From contig NMRA01000946.1 in NCBI GenBank assembly GCA_002633005.1, forward strand, positions 1 to 64,000: 64,000 nt of DNA, given 5' to 3'. A program made the position numbers and the translations under genes. The notes under the pieces were generated by a model. The model saw only the letters and a list, made by a program, of their open reading frames with translations, was not told the origin of the DNA and did not search any database. This DNA is from Phoronis australis. Its lineage: Eukaryota > Animalia > Phoronida. Below are positions 13,862 through 26,300 of the stretch, piece after piece (the first letter of the stretch is position 1; each line of letters starts with the position of its first letter).

Positions 13862-15752
13862 CAAAATGTACAATCATGTGGCAAAGGGAGAAAATGAGAG
13901 AAATAACAGGGCTTCCTCTGACTAATGAATGTCAGCGCGGTGCTCGGTCTGCCAGCTCAAGGCCGGGTTATTCACCCCATTGCTGCCCCGATTGGCTGCC
14001 TGTCTACTCACACAATTCTCTTCTCGTTGATGCATTACCCTCATTCCTGAAATCCCTTTCCGTTTCTACAGTTTATCATTTGAGCTTATCTTTGATTAAA
14101 AATGCTGGACAATAAATTCATTTTTCACAATTTTAAGTAGCGTTTTTAGTGTTTTCCAGATGCCCCCTATTCCTTTGTTAGTTACCCGCGCGTGCACTAG
14201 TTCAAAACCTACGGCATGCTTGGCAGGTAAGCTATAACACCCTATATGCGATAAAAAATACGTTACCGCCTCACAGTCTCGCATTTGTTTATAGCGCATG
14301 CTCAATCTTCGATTCAATTTTCGGTTATTGTTCACTTAAAGCAATGACTTAAAACTCTCCCCACCCCGTACGTGGTGGATAGAACCTCTGTGACTCAGTA
14401 CCATTCAGGAATCCTGTTGCCACTACTTCTGTTTTTAAAATACGAGGCAAAAAGTTGCAAGAAACGAAAATGAAGACAAACGTTCTATTGTATCTTAGCG
14501 TGTATAATACAACCATTCTTAGACATCTCAGCAGTTTATGCTATCAAAAAAGAAAAAGTCAATTTTTAGAAAACTTTGTCGAAAAAAGTTATTTATTGGA
14601 TGTTTCAAAGGATGTAAAGTCTTTACAATATAGGACAAAGCATGCCAACTGTATTGATCACTTGCAAGATTCTTGAGTTGTGGCTATTAAAGGTATCAGA
14701 ATCCAAATTATCTGCCTACATCTCGATTTAAGGAAGCAATTGTTTCACTTCAATATCTCCAGAAATTTTACAACTTCTCATAGGTATTTTATTTTGGTTT
14801 TATTGAAATATGAGCCGCACCGATCTGCCAAAAAGAGGCTAGTAAAATAAAGACGAAAACAAACATGTGGACGAGTTGGTTTTCAAATGAAAGATAAACA
14901 TGGTAATACGATGAAAAAGAGCATATTTTGGGACATCACTTCAGTTTGTTTGTAACTGTTTGTACTGACACGTAACTATTACAACCATATGCTTGACTAA
15001 AACAAAACAGTGTAGAGTTGTTTTGAAACTATGGAAGCTCACACGGCGAACGTCCAAATAGGCGTAGCAAGGTTTGTGTTCTTTACTGCAGTGACCCCCA
15101 CCCGGTCGACAGCAAATAGTCGGCTTCTGCCCACTCGACAACTGTCCCCTCCTCCATCACCCCGGTCACCACGTGGTTAAATTCTGCCTCCACATAACCC
15201 GGCCTCCCCCTTTGACACCCTAGTATGGCCACTTGCAAAGATAATAGAGGCTGTCAAACCACGCACCGTATAACCAAAGAGGCTCTCTTTCTACTGTCTC
15301 CCGCTGGCGGATCTAGGGTATCACTAGGACTCCCTGTTCATTTTCTTAAAATTCTTCCCTCAGTTTTGCCCCTCTCCCTGTTCATTGTAAAGTACTCTCA
15401 GACTAACGCTTATTTCAGCCCTGCTTAATTGTCTAGAACTTATATTTTGGCTCGGCTGTTGATGGCTAATCCAGTTTGTCTAGCATTAATGAAGACGTAT
15501 CACGTTAGTGTTGTGTTCTCATTTTCCAGATCGCAACCAATTTGGCCTTCTCACAGCCAGTGCGAGTTTCTTTTGTCCCCCAGTTTTCACTGATTTCGCG
15601 ACTTCTTGAAGAGAATCATGCTCGTTATATTTTCACTTAACAAGGGATCCATGACCACCTAGTTTTCTTTTACTCACGCTACTGTAAAAAGGCAACTGAG
15701 ACACGCATGCAATCCTCTAATAATTATAATTATATTGCATCAACACCGAACA

Positions 15753-15800
15753 AATAACAACAACAGCAACAAAAACAACAACAACAACAACAATAATAAA
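15753..15800. repeat. (CAA)n microsatellite
   Basis: Directly visible. Confidence 0.8.
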
Positions 15801-17388
15801 AAATGCATATTATATTTCACTCATTGGCAAGTATGCCGCTGAATTTTCAGTAAACGAAGAACTGGATCATCAGTTTGAATGTTCAAAAGAAAAATAATCA
15901 AGTGAGAGGATTCAATGATTTGATTTACTGAAACAAATAGCTTTTCTACTTGTAACATTGTTATTAACCTGGTCCACGGACATGTCAAATGGAAATTGGA
16001 TGCTTTATTTCCCTTGTATTTCAACTAAAAGTGAACAGCGCGACATTTTTAACTCTGCCTCTTTGATTTCGAATGATAGGCTAATCAGCCGACCTTCCAG
16101 GCACTGTGACCTCGTCTGACGAATTCTTTAGAGAAATGCTAAATTCAGTGAACATAATGCCAAATTAACCTTAAAACCATGGTACTAGTGTAATCGTTTG
16201 ATAACGGCAGGTTGAAAATGTGAAAATCTAACTATTCATGAATGTGTACAGCGCCCCTTTTGGTAGTTCTGATGGTTGGCGAAAACAAGGTGATTGGCGG
16301 TAAATACTGCTAAAATATAAAACTACATGGGGGTACGGTCCACTTACTAGAAAACGTGGTTTGAGAAAAAAATACACCAGTTGTCCAACGCTTTAATGAA
16401 TGTTAGAATATTGTTGGTGACAGAGGTCAAGCGATAACACGGCGAATTATGTTATCAGTGGTTCGGATATGTTTAGACACAACAGCTATAAGAACACAGG
16501 ATGAACAGAAAAAGATCTTCTCGGCTACGCTATCAACATCTCGACGATTGAACTAGTCTTCCACGTAACTGAAAAAGGAAGAGACTAGATTGAAAATATA
16601 TCATTTCCGTTGTTTATCTTTGCACCACTGTGTAAATTGGATACTCACAGCGTTTCGGGACAGCGGCACCAGTATGCCGTACACTAGTCGTAATGGCTGT
16701 CGGTTATTGGTATCTGATTGTCATTGCCGGCGTTTCAACTCACTATCTCCTGATATTCAGTGAAAATAGCTGATGAAACCGTCGTGAAAATCTAATACAG
16801 AGGCCGATACAACAATAGTAAAATAAGCTATTACATCAGCATTGTACTGTACAACGCAAGCGTTTTATAAGTAACAGATAGGTGCCCCAATGTGTACAGC
16901 CAAAAAGCAGGTTTACGAAATTCTAACACAATGTAGGGACATACACTTCACACTCTTGTTCGTCTACGGGAACACATATTATGTCAATAAAAATGCACAG
17001 GCAACTTTTTTCCAACCAGATTTTATTTTGATGACATATCGATAATATCAGGAAGAGACAACTCTTCCTGATAATACATTATCAAAACCAATCATGTCAA
17101 GAGTAAAAAATCATTGCAAAAATACCCTAGCGCCGACACATTCGAGCACAGCAAAGCCGCCTGCTAAAGCCTGCATTCACCTGCTACACTCAGAGACAAA
17201 CAAATTGTGTCGCGCATCAACAGTTCGTCTGCGCTGGCAAATGACACATGACATTGTGTCTACAGCCGTTGAAAATGTAACCCGCAGTGAACAATGCAGT
17301 ACTGAATTTCCATTTTATCTGCAGGCGGTAAGCGCAACGGTCGGAGCAAACTATCGCCAAACTTGTTAGATATAAACTAACTGAAGAC

Positions 17389-20300
17389 ATGGCTTCACTA
17401 TCATTATCAGATAATGGTCCGGAGCCACCCTGTAGCGTTTCTTTTCGGGGAATTAATCACGAACTGTTGGTTGAAGACGGCCCGAACACCGAAGAATCAT
17501 TTCAACGCCGTCTATTCGTACGTTTGGCATATCTGTTCCGGCAAAGGCGAGTGGACAGTGACGCACCTGTAACGAACATGTCTCCCAACAGAAAAATCTT
17601 AATTTCATGTTTGGTGATAGCTGTTGTGTCTTTAGGTCTTGGAGTTCTAATAGGATACTTCAGTAGACAATTCTCTTCAGGGTCGGCGACGAAGGAAGCC
17701 GATCCATCGATATCAAAGAAGATTATGGATGAAATTAAACCGCAGAACATTAGACGACACCTCAGGTATGATACGTCTGTACCAAGTTGACACATGTTTC
17801 GATAACTCAGTGTTAAACTAACTGGAACATTTTATGAAGGTTTGCAGTACCGGCCATGCAGGTACGTGAGTTTTCCCGCATTTTCGCGACTTAGTAAGTG
17901 ACGTTCTCAAATTCAGAAACAAAACCCGGGGGGTATCCACGGGCATTATATTAAGCCATGAAGTGCACTGCACACCTTGTAATAGACTGTTTTGTTATAT
18001 AGGCCCTGCACTGTTATTACCGTTATCAATTACCTTATTTTAACTGGTGTTTCTCCAGGAACCTCACGATGCGTCCTCACTTGGCTGGTACTCCGGCAGA
18101 TCTTCAGCAAGCACGCGAGTTTCAGCATTTTTGGCGGGAAGACGTCGGAATGGACCAAGTCGACATAGTTCCCTACAAAGTATTGCTGTCTTACCCTGAC
18201 GATAAAAATCCGAATGTGATAAACATGCTCGATGACTCGAGTAACGTTGTCTTCCATACACAGTTGTTCGAGAAAATCCTGCGTCCTGACGAAAAGCAGT
18301 CCAATGTTGTGCCGCCATTTAACGCATATTCATCACGTGGAAATGTAACTGTGAGTATTCCGACAAGCTACGAGGATTCTTTGGCAGTAAAATTTTTCGA
18401 AGCATGAGAAAATTTGAATTTGCTTAGGTGTTTCGCTCTCTGTATTCGTTATTCTGTATAGTTTTTATGATTGTTTTGAGTTGAGATTTTTGTCGACCAA
18501 CGGATTACATAGGCCCAATGATTTTAAAGAGCAGTCGTGCGTCTGTTCTCTTTACCGCAGGGTGATTTGGTGTATGTGAACTACGCACGAGCTGAAGATT
18601 TCGACTGGTTGGCGGCCAACACAAACATCAACGTCAGTGGCAAGATTGTCATCGCAAGATATGGGAAGATATTCCGTGGAAATAAGGTTGATTTTAAGCA
18701 ATTTATTTACATATTTAGCCAAGTAGAGGCAGATTTCGAAGAAAATTTCCCGCACTCGCAGGCGGCTTTTTACACGAGAAGGGGATGGGTACCCATCATG
18801 GCTTAGTTAACTTGATAAAAATTCTGCAGCGGCTGACATCCGAAAATTGACGTGGTTATTGTCAAGGCGTAGTTTTAGCATGGCCTGTATCAAAACTGTT
18901 TAGCTGCCCAAAGGGTAGTGGGTAATAAAATCGATTGTTTTGAGGGAGTGATCGAGAGAGGCGTCTTTATCCACCTTATCCTATACCAGGCAACAGAACG
19001 CACAATGCACGGACCTACATATAGTTATATAGTAGGCTGTGCTGTGATCAAAAGCCTTCGGGTTGAAAAGAATCGTCTTTACCCACCGTATCCAAATTTA
19101 TCAGGTTGTAAGAACGAAGCACGGACCTAGTCATCTAATAAGCTAGATTCTGGTCAATACACGCAGCGTTCACAAACTGATACTGAAATGGCCATCCGTG
19201 AATTCTTTCTTGTACACTCTCTTACTTTCTTGGACACTCGTACTAATTATCAAATGCTAATTGAGCCACTATATTCATACAAAGCCGCATGCACCGGTGA
19301 TAAACATTTGGTTACAGGTTTTGTCAAATTGTGAAAACAAAATTAAAACAATGGGAGAATTTTGCAAGAATCAGACATCTAAGCTTTTAAGAAACACCGT
19401 TGTTTAAAAGTAGGCACTTGTTTCTCCGAAAGTATGTATAAAGTTGTCTTGTATGTTTGGAAAACAACTACATTTTTGACTTGTTTATTAAACGAATCAC
19501 TTGTCTGTTATCAAACCACTATTCTGTTAGTCAAATCACTTGTCTGTTTAGCGGTGTTTTCTATTTTGAACCTTTTCTCGTGACTGTATCAGTTATCAAA
19601 ATATCTACGTGGAATCCTGAAATGTAGTTTTCAGATTGAAACCTAAATCATTTAGTTAAAAAAATCGCAATTGCTTTCATTTATTAATTTGTACCCTGTA
19701 AGGGCTCGTTCATGAGAAATTATCTTTCATAACAATTAGTCGCAAAGTTAAAAAAATCTTACGGTGTTATTCAACGAAACTACTTAATATTTTTCAGGTA
19801 ACGAACGCAGAAAAACAAGGCGCGGTCGGCGTAATCTTCTTTTCTGACCCAAAAGACTATGCAGTTGATGGAACCTCGAACGTTTACCCTGACACCTGGT
19901 GGCTACCTCCTACTGGAGTACAGCGTGGAAATGTCAAACGGTCGCTCGGGGATCCACTGACTCCACTATACCCTGCTATTGGTAAAAGCAAGCTTGTTCT
20001 GTTTTGATGGCTTGAAACGCCAGCGCTTCAAAGTCACTCGTCTTCATTGCCTTCTCGTCTAATTTACATTGTTACAAAATCTAATGCCTTTGTAATTGCA
20101 AAGGGTGCTTTATCGTTACCAAAGAATGGATTGGTAGTTTTTAAACTTGCCTTTAATCTCATCTCACTGGCGCACGACAGATTTTCCAGAAGTATATTGC
20201 GTGAAAATCATGCAGTTGTGCGCTTTTTAATCAGAACTCCCCTTGATTGCTGTCACGAGAAGAATAAAATTGCCCCCTTAATAATTATTTAGGTGCTAGG

Positions 20301-23300
20301 TTGGTGGTAGGAACTTGGCAATATTACGTACAATGTATAACCTTAGAGATGCCTCTTGAAAAACGCTATTTTTGCATTTGCATTTGGACATTTGTTGCAA
20401 TTTCTAGAAAGTGCCTACAGAATTCCAGAAGACGACGAAGAGGCAGGGCTTCCGAAAATTCCTGTTCATCCCATAAGCTATGGAGACGCAATGGTGCTCC
20501 TGAGGTGAGCGAATTGAAGCTTTTGTGTTTAAGAAGCAATGCTTTCGGTCGCTGTACTTGTTCTTGGGCGTCCTTTGAAGATAATTCATCCTTATACAGA
20601 CCAGGTAGTTACTAAACTGGATACATCTAGTTCTCATTTACGCTACAAATATGTTACATAACGTACGTGATGATAACTATGTGCTACTGGACAAACACTA
20701 GAGCAGACGATCAAGACAAGATGTTGTGTTAAGAGAATCAATCGGTAAAATTTCATTGAATTAATAAAACAATACCATAATACAAAACTTGCTATAAGTA
20801 TTAACAATTTTATTTGCTTATATTTATTAAATACAATAATGTTAGGACCCGGACCTTATGATTTGCGTGTTTGGTGTAGTAATATATGTTTACCATAGCA
20901 ACGATTCATTCACGACTAGTTGGCCAAATGATGTCGCAGTATCGTTTAGGTTGCGTGTTTGCGTACTTTCAAAACACCTTAATTGTCACAAGGTTGGTTG
21001 GAATTATTTTTTTAGTTGTTATTTAACGGATATGTTTGTGATTTGCGCTATATATTTGGTTTAATTGTCATTTGTAAGGTGTTTTCAGTTATTCGGTGAC
21101 ACTAACACCACTACAAAATTCGAGCCGTGAGTGACACTATATAACGAGATGAGTTTAAGCCACTGCCACAATGCTTATGGATTTAAGCCGCGAATACCGT
21201 AAATTGTTACGGCATTGACTAGATAATTTTCGGAATACGGAAAAGAAGCTCTGACATATAACACAGGTATTTCACGGCCATATCGTCACCTACATGTATG
21301 TATGTATGTATGTATGTATGTATGTATGCATGCATGCATGCATGCATGTATGTGAAAAGAATTTACTTCACACTACTGTGTTTACACGACAGAAAATTAC
21401 CAGAAGCAAAACTCTCATATAACGGCCTTATTCTGATAAAAATGGTTTGTAGTGAACCAGCAAAGACTAAACTTTACACAAAATTTCAACATCCGAATTG
21501 CAGACGAGGATACGAGGGGAGGAACCTCGTCAGAAATGCGGGTTTCAACCCTCTAGACAGACATCACACGACACAGCTACAATGAAAAATTACCTTTAGT
21601 ACCAAGTGTTTTGTTGTCCACAGAAGTGCTTGCTAGTTCCTTGGCAGGAATTAGTTCACATGGAATATATATCCCTAAATACCCAGAGAAGTAAAACTGA
21701 CCAATGCAAATGAACCAAAGTAACTGGAGTGACATGGATTTTTAAGCGTTCCTCTGCGAGCGATAAAACATTGTATTTTTACGTCACAGTCTTAGCTAAG
21801 TTATTGTATTTCTATTCATACGAAACATATTCATTCAATTATCACGACGTCAATGCGATGTCCTCTTGTTTGCAGTAACATGACTGGTGACATAGTTCCG
21901 GATCATTGGAAAGGAGCGTTACCGATAACGTATAGGATCGGACCTGGATTTAAAGAGACACAATGGTGAGCTCGGTACAGTGAACAATAACTGTCGTTAG
22001 TCGTCTTTTCCTTATTCCACTATATAAGACGTTGGACGTGTTCCTTTCATCATGTTTTAAAGAGGCACTCAACGCAAAACTCGTCAAAAATATCTTTTAA
22101 ACAATTCCCAACAAGTGCCATCTCGCAACGTCTACTACAGGGTTATTCACTTTACCCTATGAGGGAATTTCCAGAAAAATAATAAAATCCTCGAAGTTTG
22201 AAATACGCGACGAGGAAAAACTGTGTAGTCACCATTGAGTTTCTAATCTCCTTCCCACTTACGATTAATGCACTCATGCGCTCAGTCATCCGACAATCAG
22301 CTGACCGACGAGATGAATATTTTAAAAGACATGTGTGATCCCACTCCGAATACGAGGTCGACACACGTGAGACAAGCCAGCGAAGCAAGCGATTTCCCAG
22401 AAAGAATTCGAAGGGCATTTTAGAATATATTTGAAAACTACGATACCTTTATAGCTAATTTTAAACATTTAAGACTTATATCGATTGCCTCTTTAAACAT
22501 TTTGTTTACATCAAAGGTCAAATGTCACATTTTTCATGTAAGGAAATGTGCTACATCTGTGTCTTGCCATACCAAATAAAAGGGGACGTACTTTGCCTTG
22601 TNGGGGTCGAATTTCTGACAAAGTTGACCTTTTGATAACAAAATAGCGGGAGGATTAAAAAAACGGGGTACCAACTTCAGAACTGTGAACTGTGCGTCTG
22701 CGCCTTTTTAGTGTATTTTTTCATACTTTTTGTTTCTCTAAGTCAGACCTTTTTACCCACTTCGCCAAACGGGGGCCCCCGAGCCCCCCCCTCTTGGTGC
22801 ACGCATGCAGTGGCAGAAAACAACTTTGAATTGTGCAATTTTGTCTCTTTGTCGCGTTCCATGCAATTTTAAGATCAAAACGAAAATTTTTAGGGTGACG
22901 CGCACAGCGTAACGGTGGAATTCAAAATGGGCATAGCAAGTGATGATTCATCACGACCCGTAGGCTCAGATCTCTGTGGACCTTTCAAGCATGTCTAGGC
23001 ATTTACTCAAGCATTCCGATCGACAGAATCAGATATTTTCACTGAGTAAAAGTATATATTTTCTGAAGTTAGAAAACATGTAGTATTTGATTTTTGACTT
23101 TTTGAAACTCTGCCATTGACTGGGTCACGCAAAATTTAGCAAAAAATGGTGCATTGATAGGAAAACTACATTGCTATTTTCTAAACTGTTTCGTTGTCCT
23201 TTTTCATGGCAATCATAAAAGTCCTATTTTTGATAGTCTCTCCTGCCAAAAAGATACATTTTAGAAACAATTACCAACGGCGTGTTGGAAAATAGCGCAT

Positions 23301-26300
23301 AAAGCATAGTATCTGAACGTTTTTTGAGATGCGATTTTCCGTAAATAGCCAAATTTAAACATTTTTCTGGGGTCCTGCTTAAACTTAAAGGTACAGCTGT
23401 CTCGATAAGAATTATGGATTTTGTAGCAACACCTTAACCAGTGTGACGTCATGTTGGTACGGCATTTATGGTGTGCATTGCGGCAAAAACATTTGTGTTT
23501 GCCTCGGTTCAGGAATCTAAAGCCCCACACTATCTTTATTGGCGAGTGACTTGTGTCTACGGAAGGCCGCCGGTGGAGTAAATAATCGAGTGTAATCATA
23601 CTTTCTTTTCTTACAGGAAAACAGAAATGAAAATATCCACGCAAAACCAACGTGCAAAAACGTACAACGTGATCGGCTTTATCAAAGGAGCAATTGAACC
23701 AGGTTTGAAGAAATTTGATTAAACAAGAATTTACATCTGCTTAACAGTACGTTTTGAGGGTCACTGAAACCTTTAAGTGCTGTATGTAGACCGGCAGCCT
23801 AGAGCACTTAGCATAGATAAACGAGGTACCAATATCTGACCATAGGAACACTGAAGTCCAACTCAGTATATACAGAAACGGACGTCTGCCGTTGTCTGCA
23901 CTCTGGGTGTGACTCCTGGGGACCTCAGAGGGGGTCCAAAAAGGAGCTAGATTAAATATTCGAGGTACCGGCCAAAACTGATTTAAAGCGGACAAATGTA
24001 CCGCACTGAATACCGAATGACCCATAACAGACAAATTAAACTCTGGAAAGGGTCCGGCAGAAATCAAAAAAGGACCCCCCAAAATGAAATTTTCTTTTTA
24101 ATCACCTGCATTCGATTAGTTTTCAAAAATGTTCCTAGTACATGTTGCCTTGAGTAAGGTTTTGCATCACTGGACATAATTTCAGATCGTTACGTAATAA
24201 TTGGAAACCATCGTGACGCCTGGGTGTTTGGAGCTCTCGATCCCTCGAGTGGATCCGCATGTATGCTGGAACTAAGTCGTGCGATTGGGGAATTGGTGAA
24301 GAGGGGTGAGGCCTATTAAGTTATTTAAAATCAATTAGGAAGACCACCAATTGTTAGGTCAAACATTTTGTACCATTGCTCTTTAATTTTGTCTGCTTTT
24401 TCCTTATAACAACATGCATGAGTGAAAACAAAAACAGATCTCTGAGCTTAGCCATCTCTGTTATTCAGTATCCGTAACTTGTAATCATAGTCACCAATAG
24501 CTTACTGTGATCAACTGAATTAACGAAAACAACAACAACAATGGCGGAAGTGAACCTCAGAAACGATTTGGCGTGATCATGTTATCGATGTACTCTTTTC
24601 ATTGGTGTTAGTTACGGTAACCTCACGATGATCAATAACGTCCAAAGGTATTACGAAAGTGAACTCAATTACCGTGTTTATAACGATTAACGCCGAATTT
24701 GAGCTTTTTAATGTTAAGCCTGCAAATTCAATTTTCGAATTACTATCGGGTATGTACTGTGCAACGTGTAGCTTCGATGTATTGCTTTCTCCATTTAGGA
24801 TGGAGACCTCGGCGGACTATTGTATTTGCTAGCTGGGGAGCAGAGGAGCATGGGATACTTGGCTCCACCGAATGGGTAGAGGTAAGCTGTAAAGAATAAA
24901 TCTCTGTACCCCTTAAAACCCCCATATATGATAAAGAAGAGAAAGCAATCGAATACTTCCATTCTGTATAAAAGCAAAATCGGTCCAATTACAAATCTTT
25001 TAAAATGGTTCTTGTACTGAAATTAAACTTACTAGATTATGATGACATTGTGTTACAGAGATTTTGAAAATGGGTCAACCTGACGACATTATCTGATTTT
25101 TGTTGTAGAATTACATAAAATCTCTTGCCGAGAGGACGGTAGCGTACTTAAACGTAGACATTGGATTAGAAGGTAGGGAAAACAGTAGCGCAATTTGAAA
25201 ATTTGAAAGCTAATTAGTCAGAGGACGAAATTTTGATGCACGTATTTCAGATTACCTGAACAACACGTCTCGTGCACGTACAAAAATGGCTCAGTGACCT
25301 GCTGATGTCTCACGAAAAGTCCACGTTGCCCTAGTTTTTCATAATTTTAACCTGAATCTAGGGGCCAATTTTCTTTCCCTGCTCACGGTCGCTTGCGTGA
25401 GAGTGAGGGAGGAAAGGAGGGAGGGAGGGGGAGCGGGAGGGAGAGAAGATTTCAGCTCCTTATCGAATGTCTTGTATTGTCATTGTTGCTTAATTATTGC
25501 TTAAGTCTAAAACATGTCGTGATAGGTAACTACTCGATGAGAGCCAAGGGGACGCCGCTAATGTATCAGGTGTTGTTTGAAAGTTCTAAAAAGGTAATAA
25601 ACTTTTAATTTGTTATATAAAGCGGAAATCTGAGACCACTCTGCACAATCTTACTGCCAAGCAAACTATTTCACTATTGTAAGTTAAGTCGTCTTATATG
25701 GTTTAAAAAGTGCTGTGCGCTCCCAGTCGGAGTTCAGAAGGAGAACTGCTGACAACAACCAATTCAAAGGAGGATTTCAGTGAATGTTCCATTTAAAATT
25801 TGGGTCAACCGTCATCTATTATGTTGCTATTTTGCCCATGTAAACATTGTAATCCCAATTTTGACCAAAACATGAACAAATGCTATGCCTGGCAGCATGT
25901 TTCCACAACTTGGAGTGTAGAGCCACTGCTTAGAATAGTGCAGACCTAAGTGCGTTGTCAAAGCAATCAACAGATGGCGTGTAGAACAATTGCATTCACT
26001 CATGTGGTCTAAAAAACAGGTTATTTGAAAAAATAGCCAAACGAATAAAAATCGTGAATAATTGTTTCTACATGGCAGAAATCTGTCACAAAACTTATGC
26101 GTAACGCGGGTTTCAGGAATTACAGGTGCGAAGTAGTGATTTAATGTACATACTAACTAATTTTATACTAATTTATTTTGTTTATTATCTTTTCAATCTA
26201 ATTGTGTTTGCTCTCTGTATTTTACTTCATGTAATTATTCCCGACTGGGCCCACTTGGAAATCAGTGTAGTCACTGAAGTGGTCACCCAGCCTTTTAAAG

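Noticed and set aside
15835-15880. CUGAUGA...GAAA on the minus strand
   Set aside because: Stem II is weak and there is no stem I pairing; not a credible hammerhead.
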